A stretch of 63,464 nt of DNA, filler included, from Reclinomonas americana ATCC 50394 (taxonomy: Eukaryota), in assembly GCA_048213135.1 (NCBI GenBank). It is 10 parts of 7 records of this genome, joined end to end, with 100 filler letters (N's around TTAATTAATTAA, not from the genome) between each part and the next. Parts side by side here need not be neighbours in the genome. Positions count along the whole stretch, not along the records: positions 36,659 to 42,733 come from PS015908.1; positions 42,834 to 47,344 come from PS015908.1; positions 47,445 to 53,499 come from PS015909.1; 7 more parts are not named here. The stretch is one strand, 5' to 3'. The translations under genes and the position numbers were made by a program. The notes under the pieces were generated by a model. The model saw nothing but the letters and a program-made list of their open reading frames with translations, searched no databases and was not told the origin of the DNA. Within the stretch, counting starts at the first letter, position 1, and each line of letters begins with the position of its first letter. Positions 38,701-52,172 of the stretch are shown one piece after another.

Positions 38701-41700
38701 TTCGTATGGCGAGGGGAAGCTGACATTACCACGAGTTGCGAGCGAGAGCGAGGCGGTGAACAGGGCTGAGAATGAAAGTAGATAAGCAGAAACGAAAAAA
38801 AGGCAAATGGCACGATCGCAAGGGTGAAAGACCTTGTCTTCATTCTGCCTCTCCCACTCACTCTGTCACACTCACTCACTCACTCACTCACAACCTTTCT
38901 CCCTCACTCTCTTTCTCCGTCAACTCTCTCACTCACTCACTCACTTACACTCTTTCTCTCTAACTGTCTCAATCAATCTCCTTCTCACTCCCGCCCACTG
39001 CCCCGTTATTTGTCTTTCCCTTCCTCAGCATTTCTCGCCTCACACCTCTTGCTCTCTTTCGCGCATTCCTCCCTCGCGCCCTCTCCCTCCTGCACCACAG
39101 CATTCCCACTCTCTTCCTCTCCCTGATCCCCTCCGACTCGCAAGTCAGTCTCTCTCTCTCTCTCTCTCTTCCCTTCACCAGTTCACAAACTTGCCCACTC
39201 ACACACTCCACCCACTACTTGTTCCCACATCTTTCTCACCTACTCTGCCTCATTCTCACCCCGCTCTGTACATGTGCCCCGCCTTGCCGTCTTCCCAGTG
39301 GATTTGGCTTTCCCCCCAGTTCTCCCTTGCGCTCCTCTCTCACTCCCCTGTACTCCCTCTCTCTCTCTCTCATTCACTCTCTCACTCACTCACTCACTCA
39401 CTCATGTCTCTCACTCTCACTCTCTCATACACGCACTCACACTCTCTCTCACTCTCTCTCTCTCTCTCGCTCACTCTTCCTCACTCAGCCACACACTCAC
39501 TCACTCATTCGCTCACACGCACTCAAATCACTCACTCACTCACACTCACTCATACACGCACTCACACTCTCTCATACACGCACTCACAATCTCTCTCACT
39601 CACACACTCACTCACTCACTCTTACTCACTCAGCCACACACTCACTCACTCATTCTCTCACGTGCACACTCACTCACATCACTCGCTTCCCCCTCTCTTC
39701 CCCCTTCTCTTCCCCCATCTCTTCCCACTTCTCTTCCCACTTCTCTTCCCCCTTCTCTTCCCACTTCTCTTCCCACTTCTCTTCTCCCTTCCCTTACCCC
39801 CTCCCTTACCCCTTCCCTTACTCCTTTCTCTTTTCCCTTTCCCCCTTTGCCCCCCTCGCCGTGTGCGCAACTGCTCCCCACATCCGAAGCATTTCGATTG
39901 GTGGCCGAGTTGCCGTCGATTGTCACAGAATGTGAGGCCATCCACGCCGACCAGCCACCTTGCGAGCGAATGGATTGATATAACGGCATCAGCGCGGCGG
40001 GGTCACCACCGGCATTCCAAAACAGCCCTCCTCCCGAGCCCTCTCCAAGGAAATGCGGCGCCGAGTTACTGTTGTCGCGAACCGCAACCGTGTTGCCCGA
40101 GATACTGATGTGATCCAGCGTGACGGCGCGTGCCGCGAAGAGGGTCGGATCGGTGATGTTGACGGCCAAGCCGCCACCGCGAGACCCACTCCGGTTATCA
40201 GTAAAAGCCGTGTTAATAAATGACGTCTGAGTCGTGTCAGCCACCGAAGCTCCACCGCCGTCACCACGCTCAGCTATGTTGTTGACGAATCGAGTGTTAC
40301 TGCAGTTGAGCGCGGCCGAGCCACCAGCAAAGAGGCCACCACCGACTGCTGCCGCCGAATTATTTTCCAGTACAGAGCCAGAAACGATCACTTGTGGGTT
40401 GTTGTCAGTGTGCACGCCGCCACCATTCTCGGCTCGATTCCCTTCCACCGTAGCTGTACTCATCGCCACTCTTGCGGTCTCTGCAGCCGACACACCGCCA
40501 CCGCCTCCACCACCGTCAACTCGATTCGCGAGGAGACGAGATCCCATCAGCGTGGTGCGTGAGTTGCCGGCGGCGTACAATGCGCCGCCCCACAACTGTG
40601 CACGGCCACCGCTGAGAGTGCTACTCGTGTCCGTCCATGTACCCAGCCCTTGCGCAGTTACATGTCCACCAGATGTGGCCGCCACATTGCTCGCGAACTG
40701 ACTTGCAGACGACGTAACATTGGCCGACTGCGACACATACATGCCGCCGCCGGCCAGTGTGGCATTGTTGACCGACATGGTACAGCCGGAGAGACTGATC
40801 TGCGACAGTCCGTCCGCATACACACCGCCACCGTCTGCCGTAGCCTGGTTGTTGCTGATTGCGGTGTTGGTCAGAGTGTGCATGCTGTTCTGGTCGGCAA
40901 ACATGCCACTGCCAAACGGAGCAGAATTGCCGACGATGAAAGCATCCGACCAAGAAGACGAGGACTGCAAATCGGCGAACAGGCCACCACCAAAGTGAAG
41001 CGCCTTGTTGTTCCGCACTCTGGTGCCATTCGTCACAGCGAGAGTGGCAGTTGCGGTGACGTAAACCCCGCCGCCGTTTTGCATCGCCTGATTGTTGTCC
41101 ACAACAGATTGTGACTGCACTTGTAAGTGCACCTGCTCGGCACGCATTGCGACACCACCGCCGTATGGCGCTGAGTTGCCGGAGATGTTGGTGTTGGTGA
41201 TCGTGGCCGTGGTGGCTACCTCGTTGAGCACCACACCGCCGCCATATCCAGAGGGTGATGTGTTGGAGGACACAGTGGAGTCCACGATGGAGCAACCTTG
41301 TCCACTCATGGCAACGCCACCGCCACCCGTATCAAATGCAGTATTTCCCGTGATCCGAGATCCAGAGAGGAGCGACTGCGTTCCCACAAGCACGCCACCA
41401 CCAGTTACCAGCTGTCCAGAGACGGTGTTGCTAGAGACGACACAGCCGGTGGCCGAACTCGAGGCGTCAAGTAGCAGCGCTCCACCTCCGTGGGAGCGAC
41501 CAGCAACGACCAGTGGTACGGATGATCGCACAGAATTGCCAGTAAAAGTCGATGAAGTGACATTGGCATTGTTGACGGCGAGCACCGCACCGCCGCCGCA
41601 GAAGGCGCCAGAGGGGAATAGTGCGTTACCAGCACCTGAGTCTACCACGCGGTTGTCGGTGAACTGAGAGCCAGTGACACTGGTTCCTGAGTTCACGAGA

Positions 41701-44700
41701 AGCAACGCGCCGCCGCCGTTGTGATTGCTGCCTTGGCCGTTGAGCGTGCTGTGGAGACCACCAGCACCGTCGCGGACAGACTGATTGCCGACGAAGGTAC
41801 AACCGGTGATGTTAAAAGAGTTCTGACAAGTAAGCATAGAAGAGTGAGAATGTAGCGACCAACTGCAGCATCGTTGATAACTTAACTGCTGATGCTACGA
41901 GTAATGCAGCCCCTCCACCATTGAGGCCGCCAAACGAGGCACCAATTGTGCTGTTGAAACCGCCAGCACCGTTGTGTGAAGAGGTGTTGTTGAAAAAGGT
42001 TGACTGGTCAAGGGTCTGCATTGGCGGCGAGTGAGGACGCAATGCACCCAAAACGAATACGACAAGTTGGATGAAGAAGTAACCAGCTGGGACAACGAGT
42101 TGGGCGCGGAGTGTACAAGCAGGGCGCCACCGCCAGAGAATGAAGATGAACTGCTTCCAGACAAAGTATTTCCTTGCCCTCCGTTACCTGTGTGGACAGT
42201 GAATATGCGTGGCAACGCAAAACAGATGTTGACACAAAATAACCGTTGCCACCAGCGGTATTGTTGACAAACGTGCAGCCACTTATCTGAGCATGCACTC
42301 AAGTGAGGATACAGTGCATTGTAGTCAAGGCGGTCGGTACGTGACCTCAAGGACGCCTGGAAGAGTCACAAGCACGGCGCCACCACCGTTGACTGTACCG
42401 ATAGCATCACCACCACTGGCGTTCCTCCCTCCAACGGAGTTGCTCAGCGCCAGGTTGGAGCGGAATTCCGAATGGAGAACAGACACCTGCTCAACAGGGG
42501 TAAACCGAGATCATCCGGTCGAAACGATAGATAGATTCAGAGTTTGCACCTTGTGCGCGTCGCTGCCCAGTGACAGGAGCAAGGCACCCCCTCCGTTTGT
42601 GGAGGCTGATGCACTGTTAATGCCAAGCGAACGGCCAGCGTTGCCGTTCGACTTGGCCTCGCTTCCCATGAATCGGCAGCCGTCAATCACCTTTGATTCT
42701 CGCAGAGTGGGCAAAAAAAGCAGTTACAATGGCNNNNNNNNNNNNNNNNNNNNNNNNNNNNNNNNNNNNNNNNNNNNTTAATTAATTAANNNNNNNNNNN
42801 NNNNNNNNNNNNNNNNNNNNNNNNNNNNNNNNNTTTCATTCGCATGGTACGTACCGCAAATAGTACTGTTCGAGAGTCCGCTGCAATCAGCATGCTGCCA
42901 CCTCCGTTCAAACCGCCAGTAGTGTTGATATTCACTGGAAAAGTTGTTTTAGTGATCACGGAAGCAAAGCACTCCTTAAGAAACACATGAATGGTCTTCT
43001 CTGCGATAGAAAAAATAACTGCACCTGTGGAATCAAGATTGGAACCGCCGTTCCCGTTTCCGCTCGCGATGTTTGATGTAAACGTACTGTTGCTGACTGT
43101 AATCGACAATGTCTGCAACGCCGACAAGTTCAGCGATTTTGAGACATTTGAACAAACGACATCGTGATAATCTCAGAAGTACGAACCTGGGAAGTTGGAC
43201 CCCCAGTTAAGGCACTGAGCAGCATGACGCCACCGCCACTTCGGTTGCTTGTGCTGTCCGCGCTGACACTTTGCGATCCTTCAGTCAACAACGCCATAAC
43301 ACAGTTAGAATTACACCTATAAAATAGTACATAAACTGGATGTTGACGCTTACCAGTTCCGCCATTCCCGTTGTTGTTTGCAGAATTAAGCATGAAACTA
43401 CAGTTGCTGATAGTCTGCAATGATTGTAGAGTCGCAACAGTGAGCAGTAAGCAGCGACGACGGAGAGAATACGCCTGACTTACGCTTGAAGAGCGACCGC
43501 CGTCGTGGGCGCCGATCAGCATGACGCCGCCACCGTTCAGAGTACTGCTGCTGTCTGCGCTCCCACTGGAAGACCCTATTTGCAACCACGAGATACAATA
43601 AAAAAATAAGGAAACAAGACCCACATGCGTATCGCAAAAGCACTTTTTCTCTCTCACCCATGGCTCCACCGTTTCCATTGTTACTGGCAGTGTTCGACGT
43701 GAACGTGCAGTTCCTTACGGTCTGTGACATTAATAGGTGTGAGAATTGACTCCCCCCTGTCCCCGAGAAACGATCTCAAATATGAATAGACGCACTTGGC
43801 TTGTAGATCCACGATTCAAGACATGTATCAACAGCACGCCGCCACCATTCATGTTACTGGTGCTGTCAACGCCTCCACCAGGAGTTACCATTGCTACATG
43901 CCGAAGACACCGATTTCAGTTACTGAACCAACGCNNNNNNNNNNNNNNNNNNNNNNNNNNNNNNNNNNNNNNNNNNNNNNNNNNNNNNNNNNNNNNNNNN
44001 NNNNNNNNNNNNNNNNNNNNNNNNNNNNNNNNNNNNNNNNNNNNNNNNNNNNNNNNNNNNNNNNNNNNNNNNNNNNNNNNNNNNNNNNNNNNNNNNNNNN
44101 NNNNNNNNNNNNNNNNNNNNNNNNNNNNNNNNNNNNNNNNNNNNNNNNNNNNNNNNNNNNNNNNNNNNNNNNNNNNNNNNNNNNNNNNNNNNNNNNNNNN
44201 NNNNNNNNNNNNNNNNNNNNNNNNNNNNNNNNNNNNNNNNNNNNNNNNNNNNNNNNNNNNNNNNNNNNNNNNNNNNNNNNNNNNNNNNNNNNNNNNNNNN
44301 NNNNNNNNNNNNNNNNNNNNNNNNNNNNNNNNNNNNNNNNNNNNNNNNNNNNNNNNNNNNNNNNNNNNNNNNNNNNNNNNNNNNNNNNNNNNNNNNNNNN
44401 NNNNNNNNNNNNNNNNNNNNNNNNNNNNNNNNNNNNNNNNNNNNNNNNNNNNNNNNNNNNNNNNNNNNNNNNNNNNNNNNNNNNNNNNNNNNNNNNNNNN
44501 NNNNNNNNNNNNNNNNNNNNNNNNNNNNNNNNNNNNNNNNNNNNNNNNNNNNNNNNNNNNNNNNNNNNNNNNNNNNNNNNNNNNNNNNNNNNNNNNNNNN
44601 NNNNNNNNNNNNNNNNNNNNNNNNNNNNNNNNNNNNNNNNNNNNNNNNNNNNNNNNNNNNNNNNNNNNNNNNNNNNNNNNNNNNGGTTGAGATAAGTGTG

Positions 44701-47700
44701 CGTATTGCAGGTCAGCAGATGTTCGTTCACATCAAATGCGGCAGACTCCAACGGAAATGGTGGTGGTGAGTGAGCATGCTCTTCGATTCTGCGATTTCGT
44801 ACGGCCTGTTTGATGTTTTCGGCTGGTTCGATTGCCTGTTTCTGCTGCACGCGGGTGCGTAGCGAACACGTTGAATTCCAACACCAACAGCAGCAAAAAT
44901 GGTGGTGGAGTCATGCTCATCAGCATGGGAAATGGTATTTCAACTCAGGTGAGAGCCGGCCTTTCAAGTGTGTGATCTCCGTTCCATCGCTGGGGTTGTC
45001 CAATGCTGCCTCACTTGTCGGCTGTGACTGCTTGATTCGATGTCAGATTCTAAGAGAGTGCACATTCTTGTCGAATACTGCAAACAACAATGGGAGAGGC
45101 GGTTCAGGTATACAAAATCAGCAACGTTAAGTGCCCTATGATTATTCGATAATTCACGATGCGGCGTGCAACGTACCTAACAAGGTGCTTGTGTGCAGCG
45201 AGTCCAAGAGGTGGAACTGCCAATAGCGACAGTGACACAAACGGAGGTGGTGTCATGTTGATTGTCACCGACTTTGCAACTGTGAACCAGGTCTCTCTCT
45301 CTCTCTCTCTCTCTNNNNNNNNNNNNNNNNNNNNNNNNNNNNNNNNNNNNNNNNNNNNNNNNNNNNNNNNNNNNNNNNNNNNNNNNNNNNNNNNNNNNNN
45401 NNNNNNNNNNNNNNNNNNNNNNNNNNNNNNNNNNNNNNNNNNNNNNNNNNNNNNNNNNNNNNNNNNNNNNNNNNNNNNNNNNNNNNNNNNNNNNNNNNNN
45501 NNNNNNNNNNNNNNNNNNNNNNNNNNNNNNNNNNNNNNNNNNNNNNNNNNNNNNNNNNNNNNNNNNNNNNNNNNNNNNNNNNNNNNNNNNNNNNNNNNNN
45601 NNNNNNNNNNNNNNNNNNNNNNNNNNNNNNNNNNNNNNNNNNNNNNNNNNNNNNNNNNNNNNNNNNNNNNNNNNNNNNNNNNNNNNNNNNNNNNNNNNNN
45701 NNNNNNNNNNNNNNNNNNNNNNNNNNNNNNNNNNNNNNNNNNNNNNNNNNNNNNNNNNNNNNNNNNNNNNNNNNNNNNNNNNNNNNNNNNNNNNNNNNNN
45801 NNNNNNNNNNNNNNNNNNNNNNNNNNNNNNNNNNNNNNNNNNNNNNNNNNNNNNNNNNNNNNNNNNNNNNNNNNNNNNNNNNNNNNNNNNNNNNNNNNNN
45901 NNNNNNNNNNNNNNNNNNNNNNNNNNNNNNNNNNNNNNNNNNNNNNNNNNNNNNNNNNNNNNNNNNNNNNNNNNNNNNNNNNNNNNNNNNNNNNNNNNNN
46001 NNNNNNNNNNNNNNNNNNNNNNNNNNNNNNNNNNNNNNNNNNNNNNNNNNNNNNNNNNNNNNNNNNNNNNNNNNNNNNNNNNNNNNNNNNNNNNNNNNNN
46101 NNNNNNNNNNNNNNNNNNNNNNNNNNNNNNNNNNNNNNNNNNCACCTGATTGGTAAGCGAAAGCCCAGTACTGAGCAACATAACTCCACCACCATGTCTG
46201 GTACCAGTGCTCAACAAGCTACCTGGGTTAAATACTTGATCCCGACAACAAACCAGTTTAGCGCAGGAAAGTGATGCACGCAGGTCACTGGAACGTGTTC
46301 GCTACTCACTGTCGATTCCAATGCCACCGTTGCCGTTGTTATTCGCTGTGTTTGATACGAAGGTGCAGTTGCGGATGGATTGTGACAACAACTGTCGAGA
46401 TAAAACTGTGTGACAAGCCTTTCTCGCAAGCGAAATCTTGAAAACCGAAGTCCTACATACCGTATTTCCGGCGAACAGCAAGACTCCACCGCCACTGCTT
46501 GACGACCCTGAATTGGATGACTTGATGTTGCCATATCCACCGCATGAATTCAGATCCGCGCGATTGAACATGAATATCGACTCAGAAATCTGTGACTCTG
46601 TCTCAGTTCGAGCGAGATGCCTCAAAAAAACTGTGCAGCATCACTCACAGTGTGCGCGACTGGTTCAGTGCCAACAAAGTACGACCAAATCACTCCTCCA
46701 CCTACTCGCAAACCACCCGCAGTTCCCGACGCCAGGTTATTATCCCCACCGTTTGCATTCGCCGTCGCAGTATTGTTGAGAAAAGTACTATTGGTAATCT
46801 GTGCACGGCTGCAGGTAAGAAAACAACAGGCAGCAGCTAGGCACTGCACTGCTCATGCACCTCCAATGTGCTGGCACCAGACACCCACACAACACCACCC
46901 CCACAATCACTCCCTGAGCTTCCAGAACTTTGCAGATTGCTGCCGCCTTTACAATTCCCAGTGGCGCTGTTCCCAAACGCTGACACATTCTGGGAGTGTG
47001 GCATTCAACAGTTGAGGACATGTCACAGCGAAACAACTTACATACCCTCATGAGTATGGTAGGCGAAGGAGCAGCAGATGCAAACTGAGCCCAAACAACT
47101 CCACCACCAACATGCTGGCCGCCAAATTCAAGCTGATACGAACAAAATAAGCCAGAGGGACATTGGACACCGTTGCCACTGTTGATCACTGAGTTTCCAG
47201 AAAAGGTCGTATCCTGAAAGCCAACCAATGCAGCGTTGATGATGAAAAGGCCGCCGCCGCCCACATTGTCGAATCCATCGGGAGAGTTGAGATCTCCATT
47301 TCCGCATTGGAACACCGTGTTATTCGCCCACAGTCCACCGACATNNNNNNNNNNNNNNNNNNNNNNNNNNNNNNNNNNNNNNNNNNNNTTAATTAATTAA
47401 NNNNNNNNNNNNNNNNNNNNNNNNNNNNNNNNNNNNNNNNNNNNAAAAGTGTTACTGGCAAACAACACTTGCAGAGCCCACTCGATCGACGCGACATCAT
47501 ATCCGCGGTCCACACATGACGCCATGATCTGACTCAGCGCACAAGGCGTGGCAGTATCACCACACGGCGTGGACACCGCTCCAGCGGCGGCGACATTGAC
47601 TTGGCGGACAAGAAATATCGATGAGTCAAAATGCATGCGCAAAGAGCAAAATATCGGAGAGAAACACACCAGTACATAGAGGCGACGGAGGTGGTGCAGC

Positions 47701-47883
47701 TGTCAAGCGAAACGAGTGCTCCCTCGCACGCAGAGAAGATTCGTGTCCCGTCGTAGGTGAATGGCGTGCGTTGGGTTCGAAAGCAGATGCAGACATGTCA
47801 CGCCACTCTTCCACACCGCTCGCGCACACTGCATGCGCCAGCGCGACAAAGGAGAGCAGCAGAAGTAGAATGGAGGCACCCAT
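35783..47883 (-). CDS. Large surface receptor-like protein: signal peptide, long beta-helix GGG/FxxN repeats, Cys-rich region, multi-pass TM C-terminus (paralog 2); fragmented by gaps
   Basis: MGASILLLLLSFVALAHA; 2-kb exon 39872-41824 with GGGV..NN.A repeats; CPAGQQY..CQACSAGQYS..CRACP..CNGG, CPYDLC..LCGAC; TM exons with LPYENMRNNVLE. Confidence 0.8.
44695..45290 (+). CDS. Four beta-helix module exons in opposite orientation to the surrounding gene
   Basis: + strand VSRCSFTSNAADSNGNGG|..NGGGVMLI..TQ|ILRECTFLSNTANNNGRGGS|..TNGGGVMLI..NQ|, flanked by N gaps. Confidence 0.75.
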
Positions 47884-49623
47884 CACAGATGGCACCAAGA
47901 TGCGGCGTGAGGTTCGCATCAGACACAGGTTGTTGCCGATACGGCGTCTATATGCCGTCTCCGCCAGCGGCGTCTGCACGCAGAGGCACATGTGAGACGA
48001 CAACAAAAAAAGCGACTAGGTACAAGGTACGCGTACGTTGTTTCTGTCGTTGTGCGTAATGGCCCGTATGTCAGTGGTGGCCGGACACGACGTCAATGTA
48101 TCACGCACGACGTCGAATTCAGCAGAGACGGGAGTTGGTGCTGTACGTTGGATCAACCTGACGTTCCTACCATCGTAAACTGCAACGCATGTGCAGCTCG
48201 CCATCACAGCTCACAGAAAATGGCGTGCGGTCATATCAACAAGCCTCTGCGGTCGTTGACCAGCATTGTCTCACCAGGCATCCTGTCACGGATAAAGGGT
48301 CATACGGTCAAAAGTAACGGATCGAGGTATGACAAGCGTCGAGGGAAAGGCGTGCAGTATTGCCGCTGGTAGTAACGGTGTATACAAGACGTTAGCGCCG
48401 ACGCAAGTTGCGCACAAAGGCGAACGTCGCTAACCGGCACTAATCAACGTGGGGCAACGCGGCGCAAAGAACTCACGTGTGGGCGAGTGTACTCTCGCAA
48501 GAAAGTGGCGCTCTGGCACAGCGCTCCCTCTTCCTCTCCCTCCCTCCCTCCTACATCCTCCCTCCCTCCCTCCTCCNNNNNNNNNNNNNNNNNNNNNNNN
48601 NNNNNNNNNNNNNNNNNNNNNNNNNNNNNNNNNNNNNNNNNNNNNNNNNNNNNNNNNNNNNNNNNNNNNNNNNNNNNNNNNNNNNNNNNNNNNNNNNNNN
48701 NNNNNNNNNNNNNNNNNNNNNNNNNNNNNNNNNNNNNNNNNNNNNNNNNNNNNNNNNNNNNNNNNNNNNNNNNNNNNNNNNNNNNNNNNNNNNNNNNNNN
48801 NNNNNNNNNNNNNNNNNNNNNNNNNNNNNNNNNNNNNNNNNNNNNNNNNNNNNNNNNNNNNNNNNNNNNNNNNNNNNNNNNNNNNNNNNNNNNNNNNNNN
48901 NNNNNNNNNNNNNNNNNNNNNNNNNNNNNNNNNNNNNNNNNNNNNNNNNNNNNNNNNNNNNNNNNNNNNNNNNNNNNNNNNNNNNNNNNNNNNNNNNNNN
49001 NNNNNNNNNNNNNNNNNNNNNNNNNNNNNNNNNNNNNNNNNNNNNNNNNNNNNNNNNNNNNNNNNNNNNNNNNNNNNNNNNNNNNNNNNNNNNNNNNNNN
49101 NNNNNNNNNNNNNNNNNNNNNNNNNNNNNNNNNNNNNNNNNNNNNNNNNNNNNNNNNNNNNNNNNNNNNNNNNNNNNNNNNNNNNNNNNNNNNNNNNNNN
49201 NNNNNNNNNNNNNNNNNNNNNNNNNNNNNNNNNNNNNNNNNNNNNNNNNNNNNNNNNNNNNNNNNNNNNNNNNNNNNNNNNNNNNNNNNNNNNNNNNNNN
49301 NNNNNNNNNNNNNNNNNNNNNNNNNNNNNNNNNNNNNNNNNNNNNNNNNNNNNNNNNNNNNNNNNNNNNNNNNNNNNNNNNNNNNNNNNNNNNNNNNNNN
49401 NNNNNNNNNNNNNNNNNNNNNNNNNNNNNNCTCCAGATTCATCACATACCTGCCAACACACGCACACCCCGTAAGAATGCATCCCTCTCAAAAGCAGGCC
49501 GAGAGCAAAGACGAAGAAGAGAGAGCCCCCCCGGTGACAGGTCAAGCGACGAGCAACGATTTAGGGGTCAAAAGTCAAGGGGCAGAGAACAACCATAGTG
49601 TCATAGGTCAAGGGAGGGGGTGA

Positions 49624-50240
49624 GGGCTTCGTAACAAGAGTAACGAATCATACACCGTCCGAGAGAAAGACAAGAGAGTCTTATGTCAAGAGTATGGGTG
49701 AGATATGGAGGGTTGGAGGTGGGCTTCGTAACAAGAGAAACGAATCATACACAGTCCGAGAGAAAGACAAGAGAGTCATATGTCAAGGGTATGGGTGAGA
49801 TATGGAGGGTTGGAGCGTAACAAGAGTAACGAATCATACACAGTCCACGAGAAAGACAAGAGAGTCACACGTCAAGGGTATGGGTGAGATATGGAGGGTT
49901 GGAGGTGGGCTTCGTAACAAGAGTAACGAATCATACACAGTCCGACAGAAAGACAAGAGTCATAATGTCAAGGGTATGGGTGAGATATGGAGGGTTGGAG
50001 GTGGGCTTCGTAACAAGAGTAACGAATCATACACAGTCCGAGAGAAAGACAAGAGAGTCACGTCAAGTGTATGGGTGAGATATGGAGGGTTGGAGGTGGG
50101 CTTCGTAACAAGAGTAACGAATCATACACAGTCCGAGAGAAAGACAGAGAGTCATACGTCAACGGTATGGGTGAGATATGGAGGGTTGGAGCGTACAAGA
50201 GTAACGACTCATACACAGTCCGAGAGAAAGACAAGAGAGA
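49624..50240. repeat. Tandem minisatellite, ~96-bp unit, ~6.5 copies, probably intronic in the MDC1-like gene
   Basis: gggcttcgtaacaagagtaacgaatcatacacagtccgagagaaagacaagagagtca..gtcaagggtatgggtgagatatggagggttggaggt starting at 49624, 49721, 49907, 50003 and 50098. Confidence 0.95.
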
Positions 50241-50259
50241 ATCCAGAATACCACGCAAC

Positions 50260-52141
50260 TTGCTCTGGTCCACCTCCTGATGCAAAATGGACATCAGCAC
50301 AAAATCCACATCGAAAAACGACAGCTCCGGACCGCCATCGACTCCCGCCGCCAGATGCATCTCCCGGCACTCCTCCACATCCTCGGCGCTTCCAATCACG
50401 AACACGTGCGACGGCGAGCCCTACATTCCTGCGATTGAGAACCAGAGCCACAATCATCATCGACTCGACACGCACCGGCACCGTAGCTGTTTTCACGCTG
50501 CTCAACTCCACCACCTGCAGCAACACTCCATGAGGCACAAAACTTGTCGAGGTTGCAGCTCATCCCCTCACCGTGCCGCCCGACGCCTCCACAATCCTGC
50601 GCAACTCATCCGGCTTGCGCACATTGGCGGCAAACGCAAACACAACGCCATCAAAGAGCGGCGTCGCCCGACTCCGTGCCGTCTTCAACCTGCGCCACAG
50701 CGAGTGAGACTTGGATCGCGAATGGCGGGAAGTGACACAACACACGTTTTCGACAATTTGAATCCAAGCTCCGCCTCGGCGCTGAGGTCCTCGAGGCGGT
50801 AATCCTTCTCGTCTACCAATGCAGGAATGAGCTGGCGAGACAGACGCAGGAGAAAGCAAGGTGCTCACCGAGTGGCTTCTTCGCCTTGGCGCTATCCTCA
50901 ATCCACGCCTGCGTCACAATGTGCGGACCCACGGGGATGGCCGTCATCATCTTTAGTGTGCGCTGGAAGTTTTGCGCCACAACGTGGGTGCACTCGGAGG
51001 GCTCCTCGGTCACCAGTGCGCCGAAGCGCTTGCATTTCTACAAATAACAGAGAGAATGAGGAGGAAGCAGTGAAGGAAGGATAGAGAACATAAGAACAAG
51101 CAATGAGAAGAAAAAGGTGAAGAGGGGGGAAGGAGGAGGAGAAAATAGGTGTAGCAGATAAGAGCATGAGAGCGATCAACGAGAAGAGGAAACGGTGAAG
51201 AAAAGGAGAAGGAGGAGAAAAGAGGTGTGGCAGATAGAGCATGAGAGCAAGCAAGCTATGAGAAGAGATAGGTGACGAGAAGGAAGGAGATGGAGGGAAA
51301 ATCAGGCGTGTCAGATTGGAGAATGAGAGCAAGCGAGGAGAAGAGGAACGGTGAGGAGAATAAAGGAGAAGGAGGAGAAAGAGGTGTGGCAGATAGAGTA
51401 TCAGAGCGAGCAGTGACAAGAGAAAACGGTTAGGAGAGGAGGAGAGGAGGAGAGGAGGAGGAGGAGGAGAAAACAAGCGTGGCGGATCAGAGCATGAGAG
51501 CGATCAATGAGAAGAGGAAACGGTGAGGAGGGGAAGAATGAGGAGGTGAAAGGGACACAAGGAAGATCAGAGCATGAGAGCAAGCAATGAGAAGAAAAAG
51601 GTGAAGAGGGGGAAGGAGGAGAAATTCGGTGTAGCAGGAAGCAAAGTATGGGAGGATGAAGAATGGAGAGAATGGCACTTGAAAAACAGGGAGAGGCACA
51701 TCACGTAACCTCCGGTTGCGGCACTAGACCAGTGTAGAGGACACGGATGGGCAGGTCGCTGTATGGCAAACAAGTGAGGTTAAAATAATGATAAAGACTG
51801 TGTCAACTCCGCCCAACACCTGCTGAGTCTTTGTTCTCACTCTCCAGCATTCTCGCGCACGTCTCATCTATTTGACTCTCACTTCGTGTCCTCTTCGTAG
51901 TCGTGGTCTCTCTTGTCAGCATTCTAACTTCCGTCGCAGGACACTCCCGTGTTGCCCTGGTCAATCATCTCGTCTCTTCTATCCCCTGTCATCCAGTTCC
52001 TTCCCCTTTCTGTTCGTTATGCTCTTCATCCATTTTCACAACCTGTTCTTCTCCCACTTCTATTCCCACTCCCGCCTTTCGTCATCCATATCTCACTTTC
52101 ACCAACTCTCTCTCTCTCTCTTCTCGTTCTCCTTCTTCTCT

Positions 52142-52172
<31 letters not shown>

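Noticed and set aside
49624..50240. Repeat-protein ORFs (49802-50533 +) or CRISPR
   Set aside because: Whole-unit tandem repeat with frame-breaking indels; no unique spacers.
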